A stretch of DNA of 44,990 bases from a virus. Its lineage: Duplodnaviria; Caudoviricetes. Shown here in pieces: positions 26,590 to 36,749 of this stretch. Within the stretch, counting starts at the first letter, position 1. Each line of letters begins with the position of its first letter. The stretch spans positions 1 to 44,990 of IMG/VR virus record IMGVR_UViG_3300025571_000006; one strand, written 5' to 3'. Below the pieces are notes generated by a model, which did not search any database, was not told where the DNA came from, and was given only the letters and a program-made list of their open reading frames with translations. The position numbers were made by a program, and so were the translations under genes.

Positions 26590-26955
26590 ATGAGCAGGAC
26601 GACCACCATCGCGCTCGCCGAGCCAGTGCTCTGGCACGACCAGCATCTGCGGGAAATCGCCCTGCGACCGCCCACCTTCGCGGAATACATGGAACTCGGC
26701 GAACCCTACGCCGAGGGATATGCCAGGAGCGGCATCTACTTCCGCAACGTGGACTATCCGACCGTGCGCGAGTATGCGCAGCGGCTCATGGTCGACCAGG
26801 ACAAGGTGCACGCACTCAGCCTCCTCGGCCTCACCGATTCCCGGAAGGTGAGGGACGCGATCCTCGATTTTTTTCGCGAACCCGAGGCGTCGGAGCCGTC
26901 GCCGACGGCCTCGTCTTCGGGCTCGGCTGGGATGCCGGGACAGTCCAGCGTCTGA
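26590..26955 (+). CDS. Tail assembly chaperone; -1 frameshift product extends to 27023
   Basis: I.L..P......I.LRPPT; ..DFF encoded by GATTTTTTTC (26866-26875). Confidence 0.8.
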   Translation: MSRTTTIALAEPVLWHDQHLREIALRPPTFAEYMELGEPYAEGYARSGIYFRNVDYPTVREYAQRLMVDQDKVHALSLLGLTDSRKVRDAILDFFREPEASEPSPTASSSGSAGMPGQSSV

Positions 26956-27026
26956 CGCTCGACGAAATCTGCGCGTGGGGCGCGCGGGCAGCCGAGTGGC
27001 ACAGGCGCCGCAAGGGGAAATGATCT

Positions 27027-29003
27027 ATGACGAGGGCCCGCACGCTAGAGGCTGCCGCCATCATCTCGGCGTCGGACCGCACGGGTGCCGCCTTTGCGTC
27101 CGTCTCCCGCAAGCTCGCCGGGCTCGATCGCGCGGCGCGTGGTGTCGGCCGCACGATGTTGCTGCACGATAGGGCGGCGCGGGCGATGACGGCCGGCATG
27201 GTGGCTCTCGGTCGCGTCCTAGGGCCGGCGGCGCTCGCGTACGGCACGACCCGGGCGGTGCGTAATTTTGCCGAGCTCGAGCGCAGGATGACCCGCGTCG
27301 GCATCACGGCCGATGCCTCGCGCGAGGAGATGGAGCAGTTCACGGGCGAGGCGCGCCGCATGGCCGGCGACCTCGCCATGCCGCTCGACCAGATCGTGGC
27401 GGGGGCTGACGCCCTTGCCGCGCAGGGGCGCTCGCTGCAGGAAATACGGGCCCTCCTGCCGTCCGTCGCCAAGACGGCGCAGGCCGCCGGCGCAGAGGTG
27501 GATGACATTGCCCGTTCTGCGGACGCGGTGGGCACGCACCTCAAGATCGGTGCGGATGAGATGCAGAAGGCCTTCGACATCATGGCCGAGGGCGGCAAGG
27601 CCGGGCAATTCGAGCTGAAGGACATGGCCCGCTACCTGCCGTCGCTGGCGCCGGCGGCAAAGGCCATCGGAATGGAGGGCGCCAAGGGCCTCGCCGACCT
27701 CGTCGCGATGCTGCAGATCCTGCGCAAGGGCGCCGGATCGGCGGAGGAAGCGGCAACCTCCATGAACAACATCCTTCAGAAGATGTCGTCGGAGGAGACG
27801 CGCAAGCGTTTCGCCAAGATGGGCGTCGACCTCGAGGCTGCCCTCAAGAAGGGGCGCAAGGAGGGGCGAAACCTCATCGAGGTCTTCGAGGATGCAACCT
27901 GGAAGGCGATCCGGGGCGACCTGTCGCAGCTGCCAAAGCTCATCGGCGACATGGAGTTCGCCCGCGGCATGCGGGCGCTCCTGTCGATGCGTGGCGAGTG
28001 GCAGAGGCTCGCCGGCGCCATCGGCGAGGCGAGCGGCACTGTCGAGCGGGACCTCAACCGCGTGCTGGGCGACTCCCAGGCGAAGTTCGACCAGTTGTCG
28101 AACGCATGGGACCGGTTCGTCACGTCCGTGGGCGCTGGGGCCGTCAACATGGGCGTCGGCAGTCTGCTGCAGGGGCTCGCCGAGAGCATCGACCAGCTCA
28201 GTAACGGACTGCAGAAGGTCGAGGACATCCTTGAGAAGCGCCGTCGCATCGCGGCCATTGACGCGGAAGCTTCTGGCGAGGCGGAGGGAACGCGGGAGTG
28301 GATCGAGCAAGAAAAGCGAAAGGGCGAAGCCTTCGACGCCTGGGTTCTGGGCCTGACGGGCATCGACTTTCGTGGGGGCATCGCCGGTCTCGTCGATGCC
28401 TACGAGCAGTCACTCAGTGTCGATGCAGCGTTGCGGGAGGGGCGGCGCGACGCTGAGGCGCGAGCCGACAAGGCGCGGGAGGAGATGCTCGACGAGCTGA
28501 TCTATGGGCGCTCGTCGCTGGGCGACAAACGCCTCGACGCATTCGACAGGGCGACGCGAGAGGAGGAGAACCGGCGGATCTACGACTTCCAGCGCGAGCT
28601 GGAGCGATTGCAGTCGCAATGGATGGCGCAGCGCGCCATGAGCGTTGGCGTGTGGCAGCCCTTTGGCGCATCGGTGCAGGGCAGGGGTTGGAAGGGTGCG
28701 AAAGCGATTGGCGCCGCTCCTGGGATGGAAGGTGTGTCAGGAGCGAGCCCCCTGGATGGGCCCGGATTTGGCTCGTTCGGGGCCAAGATCGGCGCGCCTG
28801 TGTTCGGGGACGCGGGGCCTATCAAGGCCGAGCTCGAGGGGCACGCGCGTGTTGTCAACCAGATCGAACTCACCCTCAACACGGATCTCTTCCGCGCGCA
28901 GGTGCAGCAAGTGATCCGAGAAGAGGTGGGTAATATTCGTGTCTCGCCGGCTAGCCCGGTCGGGCCGGGCTCGACCGGGCTGTCGTCGCCGGATGTGGGA
29001 TGA
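27027..29003 (+). CDS. Tail tape measure protein
   Basis: ISASDRT N-terminus, GKAGQFELKDMARYLP, Ala-rich helical sequence, position. Confidence 0.92.
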   Translation: MTRARTLEAAAIISASDRTGAAFASVSRKLAGLDRAARGVGRTMLLHDRAARAMTAGMVALGRVLGPAALAYGTTRAVRNFAELERRMTRVGITADASREEMEQFTGEARRMAGDLAMPLDQIVAGADALAAQGRSLQEIRALLPSVAKTAQAAGAEVDDIARSADAVGTHLKIGADEMQKAFDIMAEGGKAGQFELKDMARYLPSLAPAAKAIGMEGAKGLADLVAMLQILRKGAGSAEEAATSMNNILQKMSSEETRKRFAKMGVDLEAALKKGRKEGRNLIEVFEDATWKAIRGDLSQLPKLIGDMEFARGMRALLSMRGEWQRLAGAIGEASGTVERDLNRVLGDSQAKFDQLSNAWDRFVTSVGAGAVNMGVGSLLQGLAESIDQLSNGLQKVEDILEKRRRIAAIDAEASGEAEGTREWIEQEKRKGEAFDAWVLGLTGIDFRGGIAGLVDAYEQSLSVDAALREGRRDAEARADKAREEMLDELIYGRSSLGDKRLDAFDRATREEENRRIYDFQRELERLQSQWMAQRAMSVGVWQPFGASVQGRGWKGAKAIGAAPGMEGVSGASPLDGPGFGSFGAKIGAPVFGDAGPIKAELEGHARVVNQIELTLNTDLFRAQVQQVIREEVGNIRVSPASPVGPGSTGLSSPDVG

Positions 29004-29528
29004 TTATGAGGAGGGGGTGAGGGGGAGACTGCAGGTCTTGGTGAATTCCGCGAAGGCCTTGGCCGCCCCCTTGGCGGGAAAGGTGAGAACTGTTCCTTCT
29101 ACCCCGACGCCGATGCGCTGTTTGGCCGCCGCAATCTGACTGAACAGTTTGAAGACGTTTTCCTCTTGTTCAGCGGTCGTCGCGAATATCAGGCGTCCTC
29201 CCAACTCGGTTATTGCGAGTGGAATGGTAATCTTCTCATTCTTATCTACGCGAAATACTACGTCGACTTGATCCTTGTACGAGGCAGAGTGGTCATAGCG
29301 CATGGGTGACGCCAGCATTAGGGTTGTACTGCCTGGCCTTCCTTCCCAACACTTGGCGCCCAATGCGAAAGGATTCAGCCCGCCCCCCTTCTGCAGCTGC
29401 GTAACCACCGCAGTCTTGGTGTCGTCGAGTGGATCCTCGTCCGTTTTAATGCCCCACACCTCGGCGTGCGCAGCGGAAGCTGAGATGACGACTGCGCCGA
29501 GGCACGCGATTGTAGAAATAATCTTCAT
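29004..29528 (-). CDS. Moron: exported protein with Sec signal peptide
   Basis: MKIISTIACLGAVVISASAAHA-EVW; lower GC; antisense inside the tail operon. Confidence 0.8.
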   Translation of the reverse strand: MKIISTIACLGAVVISASAAHAEVWGIKTDEDPLDDTKTAVVTQLQKGGGLNPFALGAKCWEGRPGSTTLMLASPMRYDHSASYKDQVDVVFRVDKNEKITIPLAITELGGRLIFATTAEQEENVFKLFSQIAAAKQRIGVGVEGTVLTFPAKGAAKAFAEFTKTCSLPLTPSS

Positions 29529-29603
29529 GGCCGCCCCCATTGAGCGGCAGCGAGATTAGAGCATGAAACCTCGAGCGCAAACGGCCTGCTGCGGAGACGG
29601 GCG

Positions 29604-30806
29604 ATGAGGGACTGGTCACGGGCGCTTTTCCCGGCCTCGTTTCGCGGCGTGCCCTTCTGGGTGGAGGCCGACGAGGAGCGAGGTGGCCGGCGCATCGTCA
29701 CGCACGAGTTTCCGATGCGCGACGAGCCGTTCAACGAGGATCTCGGCCAAAAGGCCGCGTTCTTCAGCGTGACGGCATACCTCGTCTCCGACATGGCCGA
29801 TGCGGAGGCTGCGGCGCTCGCCGCGGCCTGCCGCACCCGGGGGCCGGCCGTCCTCGTGTTGCCGATGCACGGGCCGCTGACGGCCCGCTGTGTCGACTTC
29901 CGCCGCGCGCGCGAGCGGGACCGTGCCGGCTATGTCGCCTATGACCTTGAATTCGTGCGGGAGGGGGCGACGGTCGCGATCGCGAGCGTTGCCTATCTGG
30001 CGCAGCAGGTCTTCAACGCTGTCGACGCGCTGGCCGGCATCATCGGTGGGACCTATGGCGGGTTGGTGGACGTACGCGGCCGCCCCGATTACGCCGTCGA
30101 CGCCGCCGTCGATGCCGCGCAAGAGGCGGCGGCGGCGCTGGAGGTGGTGCGCACCACCCAGCCGGTCGACCCGAGTGTGAGTGCGCCGGCGCGCGATGCC
30201 ATCGCGGCCCTGTACGACGAGGCGCCGGCCCTTATCACGCGGGAGGCGGGCGCTGCGCCTGCGGTGGCCGAGCGTATCTTCTCGATTGCGCGAGACCTCG
30301 GCGACGGTCTCGCCGCCGATGCCGCTGTCGGGGCCTTCCGCGAGATTGTCGATGCGCGTCCCGCGGCGGAGACGCCTCGCACAGACGGGGAGAGGGCGGC
30401 GGCCACGAACCGCCGCGTCACCGGGCTCGTGCTGCGGCTAGCTGCACTGGCAGCTATGGTCGAGGCGACCACGCGGCGGCAGTTCGACGGGCGTCGGAAC
30501 GCGATCACGGCGCGCGCCGAGCTCGCCGAGTTGATCGAGCGCGAGCAGGCGGACATGACGGGCGCGCCTTATGCCGCCCTGTATCTCGCCAGCGAGGATA
30601 TGCGTGGCCGCGCCATCGACCTGCTGTCGCGGCAGATCGCCGACCTCGCGCCCATCGTCACGGTCTCGGTGCCGCGTTCGCTGCCATCGCTGTGGCACGC
30701 CTGGCGCCTTTACGGCGATCCGAAGCGGGCCGGTGATCTCGTGCGGCGCAACCGTGTCGCGCATCCATCCTTCATGCCTGAGCGCTTTGAGGCACTCGGC
30801 AAATGA
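29604..30806 (+). CDS. Mu gpN-like DNA circularization/tail protein
   Basis: W...L.PASFRGVPF.V...GGRR...HEFP.RD....EDLG; LYGD..R..DLV.RN...HP.F.P. Confidence 0.92.
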   Translation: MRDWSRALFPASFRGVPFWVEADEERGGRRIVTHEFPMRDEPFNEDLGQKAAFFSVTAYLVSDMADAEAAALAAACRTRGPAVLVLPMHGPLTARCVDFRRARERDRAGYVAYDLEFVREGATVAIASVAYLAQQVFNAVDALAGIIGGTYGGLVDVRGRPDYAVDAAVDAAQEAAAALEVVRTTQPVDPSVSAPARDAIAALYDEAPALITREAGAAPAVAERIFSIARDLGDGLAADAAVGAFREIVDARPAAETPRTDGERAAATNRRVTGLVLRLAALAAMVEATTRRQFDGRRNAITARAELAELIEREQADMTGAPYAALYLASEDMRGRAIDLLSRQIADLAPIVTVSVPRSLPSLWHAWRLYGDPKRAGDLVRRNRVAHPSFMPERFEALGK

Positions 30807-30818
30807 GGTCGGGCGTCC

Positions 30819-31883
30819 ATGGGCGAGGAGATCGTCAGCGTCGTCGTCGGCGGGCAGCGCTTCACGGCTTTTCTTCGGGCGCAGGTGCGCGCCTCCATGA
30901 AGGAAGCGGCGCGGTCGTTTCGCCTCGAGCTGGCGGCAGAGCTGGGAGCGACTGCAACAGCATGGACGTTTCGCGCCGGCGCGCAGGTGTCGATCTATGC
31001 CAACGACGACCTGCTGCTCGTCGGCTATGTCGACCGCTATCGGCCCCGCATCGACGCGACGGATGCGCGGGTGGCCGTGGAGGGCCGCTCGAAGGCGGCT
31101 GACATCGTCGATTCCTCGGCCGAGCACGAGACGGGCAGCTTCGAGGCGAAGACACCGGTGGAGATCGCCAACGAGCTTGCCGCGCCGTTCGGGATCACCT
31201 TTGCTGCCGACGGTGACCTCGAGCCGGTCGACTACCAGATCACGCCGGGAGAATCTGTATTCCGCGCCGTCGAGAAGCTGGCGCGGCAGCAGGGCTATAC
31301 GCTCATGGGCGAGGCCGACGGCAACGTGCGCCTGCCCAAGGCGGGCAGCAAGCGCCATGCCGGCGGCATCATCGAGGGGCACAACCTCAAGAGCGGTGAG
31401 GCCGACCACAATTGGTCCAACCGGCACAGCAAGTATGTGGTCAGGGGCCAGCGCGCCACCGGCAGTGGGCCAGACAGCCTTGAAGTCGAGGCGATAGCCC
31501 GTGACGCGGGGGTCGGTCGATACCGCCCGGTCATCATCGTCGAGCAGGACGACACGACGCCGGCGCGGGCCCGCAAGACCGCACGCAACCGGCGCGACAA
31601 GGCCGCCGGCCGAGCCCTGACCGCGACTGTCACCGTGCAGGGTTTTCGCGACGAACGGGGGAGCATCTGGCAGCCGGGCTGGCTGGTGTGGGTGGAGAGC
31701 GACTTCCTGCAGATCCGCCAGGAAATGCTCATCGAGACCGTCGACTTCGTGCAGGACGGCGTCGGCGGCAGCGAGACGAAGCTCGGACTCGTCGACCCGC
31801 GCTCCTATGGCGGGAAGAAGAACAAGGGCAACAAATCCGGCGAGGCGTGGGAGCAGAGCGACGACGAGGCAACCGATGAGTGA
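30819..31883 (+). CDS. Baseplate hub (Mu gp44/gpP-like)
   Basis: GRSKAADIVDSS, PGESVF, R.SKY.V.GQ, RYRP.II, WQPG.LV.V. Confidence 0.88.
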   Translation: MGEEIVSVVVGGQRFTAFLRAQVRASMKEAARSFRLELAAELGATATAWTFRAGAQVSIYANDDLLLVGYVDRYRPRIDATDARVAVEGRSKAADIVDSSAEHETGSFEAKTPVEIANELAAPFGITFAADGDLEPVDYQITPGESVFRAVEKLARQQGYTLMGEADGNVRLPKAGSKRHAGGIIEGHNLKSGEADHNWSNRHSKYVVRGQRATGSGPDSLEVEAIARDAGVGRYRPVIIVEQDDTTPARARKTARNRRDKAAGRALTATVTVQGFRDERGSIWQPGWLVWVESDFLQIRQEMLIETVDFVQDGVGGSETKLGLVDPRSYGGKKNKGNKSGEAWEQSDDEATDE

Positions 31884-32412
31884 CGTGCATCACCTCGACG
31901 ACTCGGTGCGCGCCATGATTCGCCGGGCGAGGCTCGTCTCGCTCGACGATGGTGGCGGACAGCAGATGATGAGTCTTGCCGGGCTCAAGGGGGACAGGCC
32001 GGGGCGGGTGCCGCGGGTGCAGCCCTACGGATTCACATCCAATCCTCCGGCCGGCTCGGTCGGCGTGATCCTCTCGCTCGGCGGCCGCTCCGATCGGGCG
32101 ATGGTGATCGGCGTAGAGCACGAGGACTACAGGCCCCGCAACCTGCCGGCTGGCGCGACCGCCATCTATGACCAGCACGGCAACATGGTCTCGCTGGTCG
32201 AGCAGCGGCTCCGCGTTGTGCACGCGCAGGAAGTCGTCATCGAGGCGCCACAGATCGTGCTGCAGGCGGGCGGGTCGCAGATGACGATTTCTGCCTCGGG
32301 TGCCGACATCAATGCGCCGTCCCTGCGGCACAACGGCCGCAACGTCGGCGCGACGCACGTGCACACCAACGTGCAGCCGGGAACGGGGACCACAGGCGAG
32401 CCCGCCACCTGA
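31876..32412 (+). CDS. Baseplate spike (Mu gp45-like)
   Basis: QPYGFTSNP, GG.SD, YRP.NL..G..A.YD, C-terminal H.H..V..G...T..P. Confidence 0.9.
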   Translation: MSDVHHLDDSVRAMIRRARLVSLDDGGGQQMMSLAGLKGDRPGRVPRVQPYGFTSNPPAGSVGVILSLGGRSDRAMVIGVEHEDYRPRNLPAGATAIYDQHGNMVSLVEQRLRVVHAQEVVIEAPQIVLQAGGSQMTISASGADINAPSLRHNGRNVGATHVHTNVQPGTGTTGEPAT

Positions 32413-32425
32413 CAGAGGACAGGCC

Positions 32426-32965
32426 ATGGACATCCTCATCCGCACTGCCGAGGGGCAGGAGGCGCAGTCCTTCCTGCTGTGGGACAGCGTGTGGGACCCC
32501 GCGGCGCACCGGGCCGATTGGGCGCTCGCGGGCGGGGAAGCCCTCAATGTCGGCGGCCTCAGGGCGCGGTCGGCGCTGGAGACGGCGGTGGTGCTGGCGC
32601 TGTTTACCGACCGCCGCGTACCCGACGACCACCCCCTGCGCAAGTACGCCGATGCCGACCCGCGCGGCTGGTGGGGCGATGGCGTCGATGTGCGCGCCGA
32701 CCTCGGCGAGGAGCCGCTCGGCTCACTGCTGTGGCTGCTGGAGCGGGCAGCGCTCACCGAGGACGTGTCCCGCTGGGCCAAGGCCATGGCCGAGGAGGCA
32801 TTGGTGCCGCTGCTGCGCCAGGGGGCGGCGGCGCGCGTAGAGGTCGAGACGAGCGGGGATGCGCCGCGCGGCCGGCTCGACCTGATGGTGCGGCTCTACG
32901 GGGCGGACGGCCAGAAGATTTACGACCGTCGCTTTGAAATCGTGTGGCTGGAGGAGTTGAGATGA
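32426..32965 (+). CDS. Mu gp46-like baseplate protein
   Basis: LETAV.L.LFTD.R, RGWWGD, GSLLWLLER. Confidence 0.92.
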   Translation: MDILIRTAEGQEAQSFLLWDSVWDPAAHRADWALAGGEALNVGGLRARSALETAVVLALFTDRRVPDDHPLRKYADADPRGWWGDGVDVRADLGEEPLGSLLWLLERAALTEDVSRWAKAMAEEALVPLLRQGAAARVEVETSGDAPRGRLDLMVRLYGADGQKIYDRRFEIVWLEELR

Positions 32966-34089
32966 GCTTCGCCATTCCCTCGCTCCCCGAGCTCGTCGAG
33001 CGGGCCCGCCGCGCCTTCCGGACGCATCTGCCAGGCTCGGATGCCTGGCTGTGGCCCAACAACATCGGGCCTTCTGCCAAGGTGCTCGGCGGGCTCACAC
33101 ACGAGGTCTTCGGCTTTGCCGACTACATCGCCCGCCAGAAGTTCGCCCTGACGGCAGACGGCGAGCACCTCGACATGCACGGCGCCGAGCTCGGCCTTGC
33201 CCGGCGTCCGGCGACCCCATCGCAGGGGCAGGCGGTGTTCACCGCTCCGGGGCCGCTGACGGTCGACCCCGGCGCCATCCTGCGCCGGGCGGACGGTGTG
33301 CAGTTCCGCGTGGTGGTCGGGGGCACGCTCGCGGCCGCTGGCACGCTCACGCTCGACGTGGCATCCAGCGCGACCGGCAAGGCCACGGTGACGCTGCCCG
33401 GCACGGAACTGTCGCCCGTATCGGGCGTGCACGGTGCGGCGGCCATCGAGGTCGGCGCGACCGGTATCGTCGGCGGCGCCGACGTGGAGCCAGACGGGGA
33501 CCCGTACACGACGGACCTCTCGACGTTCCGCGGGCGCATCCTTTTCCGCAAGCGCAACGTGCCGCAGGGCGGGGCGCCCGCAGACTACGTGATGTGGGCG
33601 ACGGAAGTTGCGGGCGTCACGGGCGTTTTCGTCGAGCGGCGCTGGGCGGGGCCGGGGACGGTCCGCATTTTCCCGCTGATGCACGACCTCTTCGAGAGCG
33701 GCATCCCGGACCCAGCGAACGTCGCCCGGGTGGCCGAATACATCGACACGCGTGCGCCGGCAGGGGCCGTCATCACCGTGGTGGCCCCGCAGCCGCGCGT
33801 CATCGACGTGACCATCGACGGGCTCGTGCCGGCGACAGCGGCGGTGCAGGAGGCTGTTATTGCCGAACTCAAATCTGCCTTTCGTCGGCTGGGCAGGGTG
33901 GCCGGCATCGACACGCTCACGCCGTCCATGCCGTACCTCGCGGCTTCGGCCACGTTCTCACGATCGTGGATCTGGCAGGCCGCTGCGAACGCCAGCGGCG
34001 AGGAGCGGCACAGCATTGCCTCGCCGGCCGGCGACATCGGCCTCGCCGCCGGCGAGTATCCGGTCCTCGGCGCTGTGACATTTACCTGA
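32962..34089 (+). CDS. Baseplate J / Mu gp47-like protein
   Basis: PSL.EL, TADGEHLD.H, GGAD.E, PQGGA..DY..WA, G.GTV. Confidence 0.92.
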   Translation: MSFAIPSLPELVERARRAFRTHLPGSDAWLWPNNIGPSAKVLGGLTHEVFGFADYIARQKFALTADGEHLDMHGAELGLARRPATPSQGQAVFTAPGPLTVDPGAILRRADGVQFRVVVGGTLAAAGTLTLDVASSATGKATVTLPGTELSPVSGVHGAAAIEVGATGIVGGADVEPDGDPYTTDLSTFRGRILFRKRNVPQGGAPADYVMWATEVAGVTGVFVERRWAGPGTVRIFPLMHDLFESGIPDPANVARVAEYIDTRAPAGAVITVVAPQPRVIDVTIDGLVPATAAVQEAVIAELKSAFRRLGRVAGIDTLTPSMPYLAASATFSRSWIWQAAANASGEERHSIASPAGDIGLAAGEYPVLGAVTFT

Positions 34090-34099
34090 CGAGGCGCCG

Positions 34100-34798
34100 A
34101 TGTTCTGCCCGACGAAAGACGACCTGGTGCCCCAGGCACTGGCGCTGCTGCCACGCGGGCGCGCGTGGGGAACGCACGAAGGCGGGCCGGGCCCGGAGAC
34201 AGTGCTCTATCGCTACTGGGCGGCCGTCTGCGACGTGTTCGCCAGTCTCTGCGAGCGGTTGTGCGCCCTGCGGCAGGAGTTCTGGTGCGCGACGCACAGC
34301 GAGACGCGCGAGTTGTGGCTGGAGGAGTACGGCCTCCCGGACTTGTGCGACCCCTATCCCGACCTGTGCGCGAAAGTGCGGGCGCAGGGCGGGGCGCGGT
34401 GCGAAGATCTGGCGGCGCTCGTGGCGCCGCTCGGATGGGCCATCAGCTGCGCCGACGCGGAGGACGCCTGTGGAGCCATCGCCAGCTGCGCCCAGACCGG
34501 GTGCAGCCAGGCAGCCGGAGCGCCCCCGCGAAACACCATCATCATCTATGTCGACATCGACAACTCGCCGGCCTTCGTGGGCGACCTCGCGACGCCTCCG
34601 CTGGCGGGCCGGACGATGGGGGGCAGCTCGCTCGCCTGCGAGCCCGACATCAGCGCCCTGCGCTGCGTGATCGACCGCGTGGCGCACGCGCACCTCGAGG
34701 TCCAGTACGTGATCATTCCGCCGCCGGTCTACATCCTCGTCAACGACGACGGGGACTATCTGGAAACCGGCGCTGGCCTGCCCATTCTCGCGGAGTAG
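34100..34798 (+). CDS. Mu gp48 / YmfQ-like baseplate wedge protein
   Basis: ALLPRGRAW, W..EYGLPD.C, L.C.I.R...AH. Confidence 0.85.
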   Translation: MFCPTKDDLVPQALALLPRGRAWGTHEGGPGPETVLYRYWAAVCDVFASLCERLCALRQEFWCATHSETRELWLEEYGLPDLCDPYPDLCAKVRAQGGARCEDLAALVAPLGWAISCADAEDACGAIASCAQTGCSQAAGAPPRNTIIIYVDIDNSPAFVGDLATPPLAGRTMGGSSLACEPDISALRCVIDRVAHAHLEVQYVIIPPPVYILVNDDGDYLETGAGLPILAE

Positions 34799-34804
34799 AC
34801 TGCC

Positions 34805-35794
34805 ATGACCGATCTGCTGGGGCCGGCCTCGGCCCTCAATGCCGTGACGACGCGGCCCACCGACACGCGCATCTTCGGAGAGGACGACACCTGGTTCAAG
34901 GACTGCTCGTCCTCCACCGCGAACGATGGCACCCGTATCGAGGCCGATTTTCTCAACGGGATCCTTGCGCAGGTTCGCCGGGCGATCGTCGGCATGGGGG
35001 TGCCCATCGACAATGCCGATGACGACATGCTGCTCAAGGCCATCCAGGCGGCGACCGTCACCATCGATGCCATCACCAAGAGTCAGGCGCGGGCCAACAT
35101 GCCGCTGCATGCCGAGGTGCTGTCCGCGGACGGGCGAATCGGAATCACCGGCTCGACGGGACAGGCGCTCATCGGGACAACCGAGGCGTTCGTCTGGCGC
35201 GGGCTTTTCCGCATCGACCTGGCGAGCTTCGCTGTCGGCGACCGGACGTTCGCGCTGGCGCCCAACAAGACCTACCACCTGCGCTGGCACGCGCCGGGGA
35301 CCGGCGCAGCGACGCCGGTGGAATCGTTCCCAAACGGGCGGTTCGTGCTGCGGGACCTCGCCGATGGCGGCTACAACCCGACGGCGGCGGCGGAGACCAG
35401 CCAGATCTTCGATTCGACGCATGACGACGTGCTGTTCGCGCGGATCATCACCGACGCATCCAACGCGCCGACCATTACGCGACTCGCTAACCGGCTCCAG
35501 CTCTTTCACACCGAGCGAAAGACGGGACCGGGTAGTGCCATCGGCAACGGGTCTCTGGCCTTCTCCGGCAGCATCACCCTGGGCTGGGGGCGCACGCCGC
35601 GGATGTCGAGCGTGCACGGCGCCCTCGTGGGAGATACAGGCCCGCGGGGCATCATGGACTGGGGCGCCAACGCCATCATGGCTCCCCCGACGGTGACGCG
35701 CTATGGCGCCTCGGCGCAGATCGTGACCGACTGGGCGGAGCCTGTCTCCTGGTTCAGCTCCGCCGCATACATCGACTTCGCCCACGCCGCGTGA
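34805..35794 (+). CDS. Tail fiber / receptor-binding protein 1
   Basis: GT.I.ADFLN....Q....I...G...D..DD..L.KAI attachment motif; position. Confidence 0.75.
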   Translation: MTDLLGPASALNAVTTRPTDTRIFGEDDTWFKDCSSSTANDGTRIEADFLNGILAQVRRAIVGMGVPIDNADDDMLLKAIQAATVTIDAITKSQARANMPLHAEVLSADGRIGITGSTGQALIGTTEAFVWRGLFRIDLASFAVGDRTFALAPNKTYHLRWHAPGTGAATPVESFPNGRFVLRDLADGGYNPTAAAETSQIFDSTHDDVLFARIITDASNAPTITRLANRLQLFHTERKTGPGSAIGNGSLAFSGSITLGWGRTPRMSSVHGALVGDTGPRGIMDWGANAIMAPPTVTRYGASAQIVTDWAEPVSWFSSAAYIDFAHAA

Positions 35795-35801
35795 GGGTGA
35801 C

Positions 35802-36749
35802 ATGCCTCGTGGTATTGCTATCGCTGATCTCGACGTGCTCGAGGTGCTGGCGTGCGAATATTCAGTACCGATGCAGCGGTACGGCGACCCTGCCGGCCGC
35901 GCGACCATCGGGCAGATCCTGGCGCTTGCCGCGGCAGCCGTCGAGCTGCCTGGCGGCACTGACTTCGACAGTGTCGCAATGCCGGGCGTCTACATCCTGA
36001 CGAGCGACGTCCACGCGCCCTTCGCTGGTGCTCGCTGGTTCCTGACAGTAAGGGTCGATCCTTTCGATCCCGGCGCTAGGATCCAGCGCGCCGAGCCGAT
36101 CACCGGTGGTAGTGGGCCAACTGCCTTCGCTCGCAGGTCAGCCGGTGACATTTACAGCGAATGGGTCGGGGGAGACGGCGGCACTGTCATGGCTCGCGAC
36201 GTCGGGTGGGACAACCCGATCTGGTTCACCGACGAAACCGATCTCGAAGAGGTGATCGTCAGCATCGGACTGTGGCTCAACGACCCTTGGGCGATGCAGC
36301 CGCTTGGCAAGCCCATTGACCTGATGGAGCACATCGCCGGCGTTCAGCCCCCACCGACCGATCGCGGATATCGCTATGTCAAGCTCACAGCCGGTCTGAC
36401 AGGAGCAGGCGGCTACAACGAAGGCTGCCTAGCGAGTGAAAGCGTTTCGGGGTCAGCTCCTTATATAAACGCTACAGCCGTGATCAGCTTGGCGGGTTCC
36501 CCATTGGAAGGCCAGACCATCCGGCTGCTCAATACAGAGGGGCGCTTTCTGCGCCGCGGCAGCTCCGGTGTGCTGCAGGACGATCAGATCAAGAGCCACT
36601 CTCACGGCATTCAGGTCGGAGGCTCAGTGAACGGTTCCTTCGTTGCCGCCGGGAACCCCTACTCGGACGTGCGAAACACGCAGGCCTTTGGAGGGGATGA
36701 GACACGCCCCCGCAATATGGCCGTTTCCGCCTATATGAGGATCAAGTGA
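35802..36749 (+). CDS. Tail fiber-like protein 2
   Basis: FD....PGVY knob-like segment; GRFLR.G..G..Q.DQIKSH.H...ETRPRN collar-type C-terminus. Confidence 0.75.
   Translation: MPRGIAIADLDVLEVLACEYSVPMQRYGDPAGRATIGQILALAAAAVELPGGTDFDSVAMPGVYILTSDVHAPFAGARWFLTVRVDPFDPGARIQRAEPITGGSGPTAFARRSAGDIYSEWVGGDGGTVMARDVGWDNPIWFTDETDLEEVIVSIGLWLNDPWAMQPLGKPIDLMEHIAGVQPPPTDRGYRYVKLTAGLTGAGGYNEGCLASESVSGSAPYINATAVISLAGSPLEGQTIRLLNTEGRFLRRGSSGVLQDDQIKSHSHGIQVGGSVNGSFVAAGNPYSDVRNTQAFGGDETRPRNMAVSAYMRIK

Noticed and set aside
29604-34798. Transposable Mu-like phage
   Set aside because: Only the tail is Mu-like; no DDE transposase, and the element uses a tyrosine integrase, tRNA att sites and a cos-type terminase.
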